This document shows positions 1 through 9,195 of a stretch of 64,000 nt of DNA, piece by piece. Source of the stretch: Candidatus Wolfebacteria bacterium. Lineage in GTDB: Bacteria; Patescibacteriota; Minisyncoccia; UBA6257; UBA9933. The notes under the pieces are model-generated. The model was not told the origin of the DNA and did no database searches. It saw only the letters and a program-made list of their open reading frames with translations. The translations under genes were made by a program, and so were the position numbers. The first letter of the stretch is position 1. Each line of letters starts with the position of its first letter. Location: the NCBI GenBank assembly GCA_024654025.1, contig JANLIR010000007.1, positions 421-64,420 on the forward strand, written 5' to 3'.

Positions 1-39
1 CCGGAGGTTAACACTGCGAAATGTCTGGTATGTAAGGGG

Positions 40-1311
40 TTGTTTATGCCTCGGTACGATGAAGAGTACATTAAGCATCTTTTGAACAGAAACTATTTTA
101 CGCCGCGGCAGTATTTTGACGAGATTCGCTGGGGCGCCAAAAGAAAGCGGTACCCGTACGGCAGCGGTGTTTTTATGTGGTTGGACTTTATTTTACCGGA
201 TTTTCCGACTGAGTTTGTAGTATCTCTTCGGGAGGGGCAGACTGATATGTTCGAGGCTCCTGATTGGCTCAAAAAGGAAATCGGCCTTAAGAATCTTTTC
301 ATCAAGCTGGAGGGGCAAAATCCTTCCGGGAGTTTTAAAGACCGGGGAATGCCTATGGCTATTTCCTGGGCGCGGTTTCAACAAGAGGTGTTTCCCGAGC
401 TCGGCATAGTCGGAGTAGCTTGCGCTTCAACCGGAGATACTTCGGCCTCGGCTGCCCAGTACGCGAGTTATTGCCGCGACAAACTTTTGTGCGTGATTTT
501 CGTTCCGCACGGAAAGATTAGTCCGGAGCAACTCGCACAGGCCACGATGTCCGGCGCTATGGTTATAGCGGTGGACCATCCTACGAATCCGGGTTTTGAT
601 TCCTGCATGAAAATAGTGCAGGAGTTTAATGCCAGATTTCCGAAATTCGCGATGGTCAATTCGGCTAACATACTTCGGGTTGTTGGGCAACAAAGTATTG
701 CGGTTGAGATAAACCAGGATTTCGGCTGGGATTCGCCGGATTGGATCGCTATTCCCGCGGGAAATGGAGGGAATCTTACGGCGTTGATGCTTTCTCTGCT
801 ACGGCAGAAAGAGCATGGTTTGATTGATCGTGTTCCGGGTGTCATAGCCGGGCAGACAGCAAATTCGGATCCTTTGGTGCGCTGGGCAGATTCCGGATTT
901 ACGAAATATGAACCGCTTAAGAAACCGCCGATATCTATTGCTTCGGCAATGGATATCCAAGACCCCGTGTCTTTTCCAAGAATCAACCTTCTACTCAAGG
1001 ATTTTTTGAAAGAGTCTGTTTCAGGAATTCATTTTTTTAAGTCTGACAATCTGGAGATAAACCGGACTCGGGCGCGATTCAACCGAGCTGGCGCGGATGT
1101 GTGTCCGCAGGGAGCGGTAGCAATTCATGCCACGCTCCAGGCAAGAGACAAGGGGATTGTGAAAGAAAATGACCGAGTGGTTGCAATAAGCACAGCGTCT
1201 TCATTGAAGTTCACCGAGTCGGCGATGAAGTATCATATGCTTGTAAATCCGTTTCGCGTGGCAACAACTGGCACGGTGGAGGAGATTGCGAAAATCCTCA
1301 ATCTGACATAA
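40..1311 (+). CDS. thrC: threonine synthase (PLP-dependent)
   Basis: 423-aa ORF with the PLP-lysine motif 'PSGSFKDRG' typical of threonine synthase / beta-family PLP enzymes; followed by a rho-independent terminator at ~1366-1397. Confidence 0.7.
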   Translation: MFMPRYDEEYIKHLLNRNYFTPRQYFDEIRWGAKRKRYPYGSGVFMWLDFILPDFPTEFVVSLREGQTDMFEAPDWLKKEIGLKNLFIKLEGQNPSGSFKDRGMPMAISWARFQQEVFPELGIVGVACASTGDTSASAAQYASYCRDKLLCVIFVPHGKISPEQLAQATMSGAMVIAVDHPTNPGFDSCMKIVQEFNARFPKFAMVNSANILRVVGQQSIAVEINQDFGWDSPDWIAIPAGNGGNLTALMLSLLRQKEHGLIDRVPGVIAGQTANSDPLVRWADSGFTKYEPLKKPPISIASAMDIQDPVSFPRINLLLKDFLKESVSGIHFFKSDNLEINRTRARFNRAGADVCPQGAVAIHATLQARDKGIVKENDRVVAISTASSLKFTESAMKYHMLVNPFRVATTGTVEEIAKILNLT

Positions 1312-1365
1312 TTTGATTTGAACGTTCTTTATTAGTTGGGCGTTTTGCCGTTAGGCAGAAAGCCA

Positions 1366-1397
1366 TTGCCGCCTGGAGCGATTCAGGCGGCATTTTG
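1366..1397 (+). terminator. rho-independent terminator after thrC
   Basis: GCCGCCTGgagcgattCAGGCGGC hairpin followed by TTTT; a perfect TATAAT hexamer at 1399-1404 follows. Confidence 0.55.
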
Positions 1398-1550
1398 CTA
1401 TAATAGAGAGTGAGGTTGCGCATTTTTCTACCAATGAAGGTTTTAAGGCTAAAAATCAAAACAAAAACAAATTAAAAATACTTTTCGGAATTGGCGGGGA
1501 AACACAATAATTTTACAGATTCGCGTTGACCGCGATCTGCTTCTAACGGT

Positions 1551-1754
1551 ATGAATGGGCAAAAAAGGGAAGACGTAAAAATCGGTTCAAGGGTAGAGGT
1601 TGTGGCGAAGGCGGATCAAAAAACCGGAATACTCACTTACGGAATAGTGGCGGAGATTTTGACGAACTCTAATTTTCATCCGCATGGGATTAAAGTACGC
1701 TTAGAAGACGGACAAGTCGGCCGGGTGCAAAACATTATGCCGTCAAAGGGTTAA
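1551..1754 (+). CDS. YwbE-family small protein (DUF2196)
   Basis: 67 aa; 'GIVAEILTNSNFHPHGIKVRLEDGQVGRVQNI' matches the conserved YwbE core as I recall it. Confidence 0.6.
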   Translation: MNGQKREDVKIGSRVEVVAKADQKTGILTYGIVAEILTNSNFHPHGIKVRLEDGQVGRVQNIMPSKG

Positions 1755-1859
1755 CTATTTTATAGAGGAGGGGGGTTGAAAATATAAATTTATAAGCTAT
1801 AATAAGACGGTACTAATATATGGAAACAAAGTCGAGTTTCTAACTATAAAAACAATTAA

Positions 1860-2066
1860 ATGAACGGAACTATAAAAAGCCTTCCTGAAGGAAAAAGTTT
1901 TGGATTTATTTCTCGCGAAGGCGAAGAAAAAGATTTATTTTTTCATTCCTCCGAGTTGGTTGGCGTGACGTTTGAAGATTTGAAGCTTGGCGATGCCGTC
2001 ACCTTTGAAGTCGTTGATGGCGAAGGCGGAAAAGGCCCGGCCGCCACAAAAGTATCACGCGTTTAA
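1860..2066 (+). CDS. cold-shock protein (CspA family)
   Basis: 68 aa; 'GTIKSLPEGKSFGFISREG...FFHSSEL' cold-shock domain RNP motifs. Confidence 0.85.
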   Translation: MNGTIKSLPEGKSFGFISREGEEKDLFFHSSELVGVTFEDLKLGDAVTFEVVDGEGGKGPAATKVSRV

Positions 2067-2077
2067 CTAAACGCCCC

Positions 2078-2110
2078 AAAAAAACCGCCCTCCTATTGAG
2101 GGCGGTTTTT
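2078..2110 (+). terminator. rho-independent terminator after csp
   Basis: CCGCCCTCctattGAGGGCGG hairpin + TTTTT. Confidence 0.7.
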
Positions 2111-2170
2111 GTCTATAATTAGAATTAGCCGGTTGATAATCTTTCTGATAACCCCCCCGATAACTTCTCA

Positions 2171-2782
2171 ATGAAAATAAGCAAAAAAGAAATTGTAGCG
2201 GTTATTTTTCTGGCGATATTTCTCGCGCTGGCTTTTTTTACAACCAGATATTATTCCGATTTGGTCAGGGAAGCTACCGATAAAACCGGTATTTGGGGCG
2301 CGTTGCTTTATGTGGCGATAACCGTATTGGCCGTGGTGGTTGCGCCTATCAGCACTTTGCCTTTGGTGATTGTCGCGGTTTCAGCTTGGGGGCATTTTAT
2401 CGCGGCGGTTTTAAGCATTATCGCCTGGACATCAGGCGCGGTTATTGCTTTTGTTTTGGCTAGAGTTTTCGGCCGGCCGTTGGTGGCTAGATTGGTAAAT
2501 TTGGAAAGAGTCCGGGCAATTGAAAATAAAATTCCGCAGAAGAATTTTTTTTGGAGTGTCGTTTTTTTACGCATGGTTTTGCCGGTTGATATTTTGAGCT
2601 ACGGTCTCGGCCTGTTTTCAAACATGAAATTTTTGCCTTATTTCACCTCAACCATTATCGGCGTTATTCCTTTTGCCTTTATTTTTTCTTATTCGACCAA
2701 ACTACCAATTTTTTACCAAGTTTTGGTTATCGGTTTAGCGTTTGTTATTGCCGCCCTGGGTTTTGTAAAATCGCAACGTTAA
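2171..2782 (+). CDS. TVP38/TMEM64 (DedA/SNARE-associated) family membrane protein
   Basis: 203 aa polytopic membrane protein; 'VLPVDILSYGLGLF' type core typical of TVP38/DedA proteins. Confidence 0.55.
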   Translation: MKISKKEIVAVIFLAIFLALAFFTTRYYSDLVREATDKTGIWGALLYVAITVLAVVVAPISTLPLVIVAVSAWGHFIAAVLSIIAWTSGAVIAFVLARVFGRPLVARLVNLERVRAIENKIPQKNFFWSVVFLRMVLPVDILSYGLGLFSNMKFLPYFTSTIIGVIPFAFIFSYSTKLPIFYQVLVIGLAFVIAALGFVKSQR

Positions 2783-2844
2783 CTATTGGCTGGAATGGGC
2801 GGGAAAGCCGAAGTTCTACTACGGGGTGTGTTATAATACTTGGG

Positions 2845-3369
2845 ATGGAAATAAAACAGCGATTAGGCAGAAAAACTTTTTGGATTTTTGTTTTATCGAA
2901 TTCCAAAGCGGCTTTCGCTTTTCTTTTAGTCACAATAGTTTTAATTGTCAGCCGGGGGTATGTCGGAAACAACTTCACGGATATTTTGAATTACAGCATT
3001 ATTGTGGCTGGAGTTATTTTTACCAACGCTCTTTTATTGAGCATTGTTGTTTCGTGGTTGGTATATATTAACTACACGTTTTCCATAACGGAAAACGCTT
3101 TTAAAGTGAGGGAGGGGATTTTTAATAAAAAAGAAACCGCCATTCCTTACAGGCAAATACAGAGCGTTGATCTTCGCCAGGATGTTGTTGCCCAAATTAT
3201 CGGCGTAAGTAAGCTTGTGGTGCTTACGGCCGGGCACGACGATAACGATAAAACAGGCGAGGCAGAAATTGATTTTCCGGTGATAGACACGGAGTTTGCT
3301 CAAAATATACAAACAGAATTGTTAAAGCGCTCCCAAACGGAAAAAATCGTTATTCAAAAAGCAGAATGA
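2845..3369 (+). CDS. membrane protein with bacterial PH (bPH_2 / YdbS-like) domain
   Basis: two N-terminal TM helices followed by a soluble domain of YdbS/DUF304 type. Confidence 0.45.
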   Translation: MEIKQRLGRKTFWIFVLSNSKAAFAFLLVTIVLIVSRGYVGNNFTDILNYSIIVAGVIFTNALLLSIVVSWLVYINYTFSITENAFKVREGIFNKKETAIPYRQIQSVDLRQDVVAQIIGVSKLVVLTAGHDDNDKTGEAEIDFPVIDTEFAQNIQTELLKRSQTEKIVIQKAE

Positions 3370-3460
3370 AATGAAAAAACTTGTAATAATAGGGGCGATT
3401 CTAGGATCTTTAGCGGGTATTTGGATCGCGTATAAAATAGCTGAAAGGATTTAAAAATAT

Positions 3461-3724
3461 ATGAATAATCATATGAACAATCACGGTTTTGTAGGAATAA
3501 TTGTTATTGTTATTACGGTGGCGATAATCGCGCTTTTATTTGTTAAGTATGCAGGCGTTTTTGTTAATAATCCGGGAAATTCCGCCATCTCAACAGAACC
3601 TTCAGGATCTTTTTTAGCTCCGATTGATTATGCCCGGCAGGCGGCTTCTTCGGCTGATGAGTACGGCCAAAATATACAAAAAGTTTTTGACCAGGCGAAA
3701 AAAGCCGGCCAAGCGCAACAATAA
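3461..3724 (+). CDS. small membrane-anchored hypothetical protein
   Basis: 87 aa, one TM helix. Confidence 0.35.
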   Translation: MNNHMNNHGFVGIIVIVITVAIIALLFVKYAGVFVNNPGNSAISTEPSGSFLAPIDYARQAASSADEYGQNIQKVFDQAKKAGQAQQ

Positions 3725-3823
3725 TTTTAACATGATTTATTATCTCGCGAGGTTTGATTGACAAAATATTATAAAAGTGCTATTTCTAGCTTAGTATTTA
3801 TTTCAATAGAAAGGAGCAAGAAC

Positions 3824-4180
3824 GTGTCGACAAAAAATACCAGGTCGGGTGGAAAATACGGCGGTGGCCATACGACCATGATTCCTGCCGCGATTATCGT
3901 AGCCGATATTGTTGAAAGACAGCCAGAGGTTTCGCGGATTTCTCCCGGTATTTTGAAAGCCGGACTTAAGTCTGCCAACGGACAAAGGCGAGTTAAAATC
4001 TCAGATTGGGAAGGAGGAATTCTTCTTTCGGTTCGGGACAACACAACTCACCAGGAGGTAAGAGTTTACACGAGCAATTCTCACGTTACAAAGCTGGCGA
4101 TAGCCCGCGGAGCCAGAAACGCCGGCCTGCACATTTCTTTTGGGAATTTGCGGGAATTTAGTAGCAGACTGATAAAATAA
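3824..4180 (+). CDS. hypothetical protein (island ORF 1; GTG start with strong SD AAAGGAG)
   Basis: ORF in GC-richer island; AAAGGAG 7 nt upstream of GTG at 3824; no recognisable domain. Confidence 0.4.
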   Translation: MSTKNTRSGGKYGGGHTTMIPAAIIVADIVERQPEVSRISPGILKAGLKSANGQRRVKISDWEGGILLSVRDNTTHQEVRVYTSNSHVTKLAIARGARNAGLHISFGNLREFSSRLIK

Positions 4181-4218
4181 GCTAATTGGAAAAAATATTT
4201 CGGAGAAAGGGGACTGAA

Positions 4219-4896
4219 ATGAAGGCTTTTACTGTTGAGGAGGACGGGCGTTTGTGGAGGCTTTCGCGATTTGGGCTTCGAACAATGGCTGGAAACCACG
4301 TTTACGAAGGTATTGATGTGTGGAAAGAAACTGAGGATGCTGGCTATAGAAAGATAAAAGAAGTAGGTCCGTATCTTTTTCGTCTGACAGTTTGCGGCAC
4401 GCCGAAAGTTTTGCCTGTTCTTGACGAGGAGATAGTGCGAATTGTCCACGAACAGGAAATTATGTCTTCGAAGGAATCGATTGTGGAAGATATTGATTTT
4501 CAATACGATGAAAATGGTTGCGCAAAGACAATAATTGCTCCTTCTCGCTGTAGTGACGATATCGTGGTTTACTGGAGGTTGGGAAGGATATACAACAGTC
4601 TTATCGAGAGCGAAAATTCTTCCATAGCCGTCGTGTTGAATAATGTCAGAATTATAGCTTTGGGATATGATTGGGACTTCTACGGTTCGTCGACTGGATA
4701 CTATCCAAGGATTCTCGTTCAACTTGAACCCGGAGGAGAAGTTATTGTGCCAATAACGTATAGATGGAGATTCGCAACACGTTTCCATACGCGGATTTTC
4801 TATGACGCCGAGACGAAGCGAATCGTATTGGACAGCGAGAAAAGTGTTCAAAGATCGGCGTTCGCGGAAAATATAGGGAAGGTCATTTCTCTCTGA
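4219..4896 (+). CDS. hypothetical protein (island ORF 2)
   Basis: ATG at 4219 preceded by GGAGAAAGGGGA SD; the upstream in-frame ATG at 4186 lacks an SD; no recognisable domain. Confidence 0.45.
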   Translation: MKAFTVEEDGRLWRLSRFGLRTMAGNHVYEGIDVWKETEDAGYRKIKEVGPYLFRLTVCGTPKVLPVLDEEIVRIVHEQEIMSSKESIVEDIDFQYDENGCAKTIIAPSRCSDDIVVYWRLGRIYNSLIESENSSIAVVLNNVRIIALGYDWDFYGSSTGYYPRILVQLEPGGEVIVPITYRWRFATRFHTRIFYDAETKRIVLDSEKSVQRSAFAENIGKVISL

Positions 4897-5049
4897 ATAA
4901 TTCCATGTGTAATTTGTAGGGGGCAGCCATTTGGTTTGCCCCTCATTTTTTTGACAATGCATAAGAATTTTGGCAGGATAAGGGCAGTATTTCGGCTTAA
5001 TTTAATAAGGCAGAATTGATTACAAATTTAAGAATAAAAGGGGAAAGCC

Positions 5050-5286
5050 ATGCCGTGTGAAAAATGCGAGATTATTTTTCGCAGTCGTAAGTCGGCTCCG
5101 TTCATTCCTTTTAACGGCAGGAAAAGAGATGATTTGTACGAATGTATTGGCTGTAAACAAATCTGGTGGCAGTATGATTTGGTTTGGCATTGCTGGACTA
5201 CGTTGAATGCGCGGCAGGTGGAAATCACGCAGAGAAAAATTAAAGCGCAAGAAAGAAAACCCATAAATCGAGTAAGAACATATTAG
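5050..5286 (+). CDS. small Cys-rich zinc-ribbon-like protein (island ORF 3)
   Basis: CxxC...CxxC pattern (CEKCE ... CIGCK); AAAGGGGA SD. Confidence 0.4.
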   Translation: MPCEKCEIIFRSRKSAPFIPFNGRKRDDLYECIGCKQIWWQYDLVWHCWTTLNARQVEITQRKIKAQERKPINRVRTY

Positions 5287-5304
5287 GAGAGAGGGGGTGT
5301 TGAA

Positions 5305-5634
5305 ATGGGTGAGAGCAAAGACCAGTGGTTTTTAGAAACCGATGCGTTTACAAACGAATCAGTCGCTGATTTTTTAGCGAGCGAAGGAGTCGCGGCTGAA
5401 AGTACAGCTCAGTTCAAGGACAAGAAAGGAAGAATAAGACATGTCTGGAACGTGCCGTATCGGATAATTACCTTGCTCAAAAATTCGGAAAAGACGTTTC
5501 CGTTCAAGTACCGCGTTTTTGTCCGGTCCGGAGGACGCGCTATCAGGCCGTTTACGCTTCACAGAAAGAAAAAGACCTCGGTTCATTCCCGGCGGGCGCA
5601 AGAGTGGCTTCGGGAAATCGGAGCAAGGAAGTAA
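5305..5634 (+). CDS. hypothetical basic protein (island ORF 4)
   Basis: 109 aa; GAGGGGGTG SD; lysine/arginine-rich C-terminus. Confidence 0.4.
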   Translation: MGESKDQWFLETDAFTNESVADFLASEGVAAESTAQFKDKKGRIRHVWNVPYRIITLLKNSEKTFPFKYRVFVRSGGRAIRPFTLHRKKKTSVHSRRAQEWLREIGARK

Positions 5635-5646
5635 AAGGAGGACGCG

Positions 5647-5853
5647 ATGGGAAACGAGCTTAATAAACACCAGAAAGAAGCGTTGTCGGCTTTACGGGAA
5701 TTGGGAGGAACCGCAACTACGCGGCAGATTGCCGAGAAGGTAAAACGGAGCGTAAACGGAGTTTCTCAAACTCTCGGCGCGCTTTGGCTGGCTGTGAATT
5801 GTCTCGGCGGCAAAGGCGGAGAAAACAAGTGGAGATTGTGGAAAGAGATATAG
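5647..5853 (+). CDS. small winged-helix DNA-binding protein (island ORF 5)
   Basis: 68 aa; 'TTRQIAEKVKRSVNGVSQTLGAL' HTH-like; AAAGGAGG SD; strong terminator follows. Confidence 0.45.
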   Translation: MGNELNKHQKEALSALRELGGTATTRQIAEKVKRSVNGVSQTLGALWLAVNCLGGKGGENKWRLWKEI

Positions 5854-5883
5854 GAAGTAGGCGAATCTGTTTTATCGTAACTG

Positions 5884-5915
5884 CCGCATGGCGCAAACCA
5901 TGCGGCGTTTTTTTA
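5884..5915 (+). terminator. rho-independent terminator closing the island
   Basis: CCGCATGGcgcaaaCCATGCGG hairpin + TTTTTTT. Confidence 0.75.
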
Positions 5916-5931
5916 TAATAGCGCCGTTTTT

Positions 5932-6510
5932 ATGTTAAAATTAATTATGCCTAAATATTTAAAAGTTTTAATATTAATTGTTGGGGCGGCTATTGCCGGT
6001 GGCGTGTTGGTTTATTCGGTTTATTTTAATTTGCCAAGATCAGAAGCGCCTAATGGAAAAAATGACAATCCGGTTTTTTGCACAATGGAAGCGAAGTTGT
6101 GCCCTGACGGGTCTTATGTGGGAAGAACAGGGCCGAAATGTGAATTTACGCTTTGTCCGAATTTCAAGGTAAAGTCCACTTCTACTTTGGAATTGCCGGG
6201 ATTTTTAAAAGGGAACATAACTATAGGGCCGATTTGTCCGGTTGAACGAATTGATAATCCTTGCAAGCCGACTCCGGAAATGTACGCTGCCAGAAAAATT
6301 TTTGTGTATAACCAAACTAAAACTTTGCTGGTGAAAGAAATAACTCCCGGTCCGGACGGCAGTTATAAAGCTGATTTGGCGCCCGGCGTTTATATTGTTG
6401 ATGTGGCGCATTTTGGCATTGGTTTTGCGAGAGGAGCGCCGGCGCAAATAAAAATTGAATCCGGTAAAACAATTAAATTAGATATTGATATAGACACGGG
6501 TATTAGGTAA
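5932..6510 (+). CDS. membrane-anchored/secreted Cys-containing hypothetical protein
   Basis: N-terminal TM/signal segment; several Cys pairs; no known domain. Confidence 0.45.
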   Translation: MLKLIMPKYLKVLILIVGAAIAGGVLVYSVYFNLPRSEAPNGKNDNPVFCTMEAKLCPDGSYVGRTGPKCEFTLCPNFKVKSTSTLELPGFLKGNITIGPICPVERIDNPCKPTPEMYAARKIFVYNQTKTLLVKEITPGPDGSYKADLAPGVYIVDVAHFGIGFARGAPAQIKIESGKTIKLDIDIDTGIR

Positions 6511-6581
6511 AAATTGGCGCATAATGTTATCCACATTTTTGGCTTTGAACTTGATGAGAATAGACTTATAATAATAATGAA

Positions 6582-6857
6582 GTGAACAAGAAAATAATAA
6601 TAGGTATTTTGGCTGTTTTAATAGTGGCTGGCTTATTATTGGCCGGCTATTTTTATTGGAAAAAGACGGCCGGTACAAATCAAGCGACAAATCAAGCGCA
6701 GAAATCAACGTCAACTGACCCGATTAAAAACGCGGCGACTCAAGGGGTTTTGCCGTCAATAAATCCGGGCTCTAATCCTTTGGAAAAATCTCCGAATGTT
6801 AATCCTGCTGATAGCGCTAATCCGTTTAAAAACGCAAAAACAAATCCGTTTCAATAA
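6582..6857 (+). CDS. small secreted low-complexity protein
   Basis: signal/TM segment then N/Q/P/S-rich tail. Confidence 0.3.
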   Translation: MNKKIIIGILAVLIVAGLLLAGYFYWKKTAGTNQATNQAQKSTSTDPIKNAATQGVLPSINPGSNPLEKSPNVNPADSANPFKNAKTNPFQ

Positions 6858-6863
6858 TAAAAA

Positions 6864-8540
6864 ATGAAAATAAGAATTTTAAGCTTATCGGTTTTAGCTT
6901 TCGGGATTATTATTTCCGCGGGCATTATTTTGGATGCGAAAACGTTTGCGCAAGAAAATGCGGGAAATTCCAACGCAGAGGTAAATATTCAGTATCCAAT
7001 TGTGGAATTGGGTAATTGTAAAAATAAAGAGGAGTGTAAAAACTTTTGCGAGAAACCTGAGCATACAAATGCTTGTCTTGCTTTTGCCCAGACAAATAAT
7101 TTGATGAGCAAAGAAGAAATTGCGGCAGCTAAAAAAATGCTTTCAATCGGTAAAGGCCCGGGTGGTTGCACGAGTAAAGATACGTGCGAAGCGTATTGTG
7201 ATAACACTGATCATATAAATGAATGCGTGGCGTTTGCCGAAAAAACAGGGATAATACCACCAAAGGATCTTGAAGAGGCTAAAAAAATAAAAGCGGCGAT
7301 TGATAGCGGTATAAAGCCGCCTCCATGCAAGAGCAAAAAAGAATGCGACAGTTATTGCGGCAGCGGGGCGGATCAGATGGAGCAGTGTATTACATTTGCC
7401 AAGGCAGCTGGTTTTATGAAACCGGAAGAAGAAGCGGACGCGCAGAAAATGATAGCCGCGATGAAAAAAGGAGCTAAGCCGCCGGCTTGTAACGGCAAGG
7501 AAGATTGCGATCAGTATTGTTCTCAGGATACCCATTTTGAAGAGTGTATTAATTTTGCGGAAGTGGCTGGTTTTATTACTTCCGAAGAAGTACAGATGGC
7601 GAGAAAGACCGGAGGAAAAGGTCCGGGAAATTGCCGCGGCAAGGAAGAGTGTGATAGTTTTTGCCAAAAAGATGCGAATATGGAAACTTGCGCGAATTTT
7701 GCTGTTGAGCACGGAATGATGAGCCAGAAAGATCTTGAGATGTTTAAGAAAACCGGAGGCAAGGGTCCGGGCGGATGCAAGAGTAAAGATGAGTGCGACG
7801 CGTTTTGTAATAATTCCGAAAACCGGGAGGCGTGTTTTAGCTTTGGGAAAGAACACGGGCTTATTTCCGAAGAAGATCTTAAAAAAATGGAAGACGGGAA
7901 ACAGAAAATGGTGGAAGGATTTAATCAAGCTCCGCCGGAAGTTGTAAATTGTTTAAAACAAGCATTCGGCGATAATAACTTTGAAAAAATAAAAAGCGGA
8001 GGTTTTATGCCCACTCAAGAGATGGGCGAACATATGCGCGAGTGTTTTGGGAAAATGGGTCCGCCTCCCGGTGATGAAAAACCAGGCGAAGGACCAGGTG
8101 GATGGCCTGATGGAGGGCCGAATAGTTCCGGAACGCCCATGATGGGTCCGGGAAAAGACGATCAGAGCGGCGGCCCGAATATTGATTCATTGCCTTCGCA
8201 GGTTAAAGAATGCATGATTTTAAATTTCGGGGCTAATTTTGAAGAGCGTGTTAAATTAGGGGAAATAAAAGGCGAAGAATTTGGCCAGCAAGTCACAAAA
8301 TGTTTTGTGAATTTCCAGTCGCAACAAGGCGTGCCAATGCAGAATTTTACTATGCCCTCAGGAAGCCAAATGATGCCGCTTCAAATGAATCAGCCCTTGC
8401 CAATTCAACCGCAACAAACATTACCGCCTCCTCCAGCTCCTACTCAACAGCCGCTTCCTTCCGGGTTTGTTCCGGCAAAAATGCTTTTAGGGTTTTTGAT
8501 TGAGGCGTTCGATAATGTTTTTCAAAAAATAGGATTTTAA
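6864..8540 (+). CDS. secreted protein with six cysteine-rich ~50-aa tandem repeats and a Pro/Gln-rich tail
   Basis: N-terminal signal/TM; six repeats of C-x5-C-x3-C-x8-C ... F-A/G-x-x-x-G (CKNKEECKNFCEKPEHTNAC, CTSKDTCEAYCDNTDHINEC, CKSKKECDSYCGSGADQMEQC, CNGKEDCDQYCSQDTHFEEC, CRGKEECDSFCQKDANMETC, CKSKDECDAFCNNSENREAC); C-terminal G/P/Q-rich region. Confidence 0.6.
   Translation: MKIRILSLSVLAFGIIISAGIILDAKTFAQENAGNSNAEVNIQYPIVELGNCKNKEECKNFCEKPEHTNACLAFAQTNNLMSKEEIAAAKKMLSIGKGPGGCTSKDTCEAYCDNTDHINECVAFAEKTGIIPPKDLEEAKKIKAAIDSGIKPPPCKSKKECDSYCGSGADQMEQCITFAKAAGFMKPEEEADAQKMIAAMKKGAKPPACNGKEDCDQYCSQDTHFEECINFAEVAGFITSEEVQMARKTGGKGPGNCRGKEECDSFCQKDANMETCANFAVEHGMMSQKDLEMFKKTGGKGPGGCKSKDECDAFCNNSENREACFSFGKEHGLISEEDLKKMEDGKQKMVEGFNQAPPEVVNCLKQAFGDNNFEKIKSGGFMPTQEMGEHMRECFGKMGPPPGDEKPGEGPGGWPDGGPNSSGTPMMGPGKDDQSGGPNIDSLPSQVKECMILNFGANFEERVKLGEIKGEEFGQQVTKCFVNFQSQQGVPMQNFTMPSGSQMMPLQMNQPLPIQPQQTLPPPPAPTQQPLPSGFVPAKMLLGFLIEAFDNVFQKIGF
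7017..7830 (+). repeat. six in-frame tandem ~150-nt repeats encoding the Cys-rich module
   Basis: periodic CxxxxxCxxxC motif in translation; the antisense ORF 7143..7928 is a by-product of the repeat. Confidence 0.6.
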
Positions 8541-8566
8541 TAAGCCGAATAAATCTTTGATAAATT

Positions 8567-9091
8567 ATGGACGGACAGGATGGACAAAAAAAATTTTCAA
8601 CAGGAATTCAGATAGCGGCCGTTGTCGTCGTAATAATTATTTTTGGCGCGCTTTACTATTATTCCAAAAATATGAGTAGCCAGCCAACAGAGCAACCGCA
8701 AAGCGGACAACAGACAACAACTTCATCTCAGCAGGCTTCTTCGACAAATTCGACAAAAACGAAACCGGGCGCCACCACGAAAAAGTCAACCGCGCCTACG
8801 CCCGAACAGTCCGTCACTTACGATCAGGCAATTAATACTTACGGCAGCAAGAGAATTCAGTTTGACCCCAGTTGCGGCGTTATCCCTTCGTATTCTAATT
8901 ATTTAAATAACACGAAAGTCATGTTTGATAATCGGTATGAAAAAGGCAGGTGGTTTTATTTGGACGGCAAGGGGTATTATTTGGAGTCGTACGGATTTAA
9001 AATAGTTACGCTTTACAGCAAAACCTTGCCGCATACGGTAAAAATCGACTGCGGCGCAGGCAAAAACAACGGGCAGATACTTTTGCAGTAA
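8567..9091 (+). CDS. membrane-anchored hypothetical protein with S/T/Q-rich linker
   Basis: TM helix, low-complexity linker, C-terminal globular part. Confidence 0.45.
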   Translation: MDGQDGQKKFSTGIQIAAVVVVIIIFGALYYYSKNMSSQPTEQPQSGQQTTTSSQQASSTNSTKTKPGATTKKSTAPTPEQSVTYDQAINTYGSKRIQFDPSCGVIPSYSNYLNNTKVMFDNRYEKGRWFYLDGKGYYLESYGFKIVTLYSKTLPHTVKIDCGAGKNNGQILLQ

Positions 9092-9195
9092 TTTAAAGCA
9101 AGCAGACAAGTTTTTATTTGTCCCGCGCAAGCGGGATTTATTTTGTAAGAAAACGCTTCTGATTCGTCTAATATTTAGTGGCTAAAAAACCAACC

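Noticed and set aside
4081-4962. 293-aa minus-strand ORF overlapping island ORFs 1–2
   Set aside because: Antisense to two plus-strand ORFs with strong SDs; no start context, odd composition; judged spurious.
7143-7928. 261-aa minus-strand ORF antisense to the Cys-rich repeat gene
   Set aside because: It lies entirely inside the 6864–8540 gene, is Phe/Lys/Ile-rich low-complexity, and its periodicity simply mirrors the repeat.
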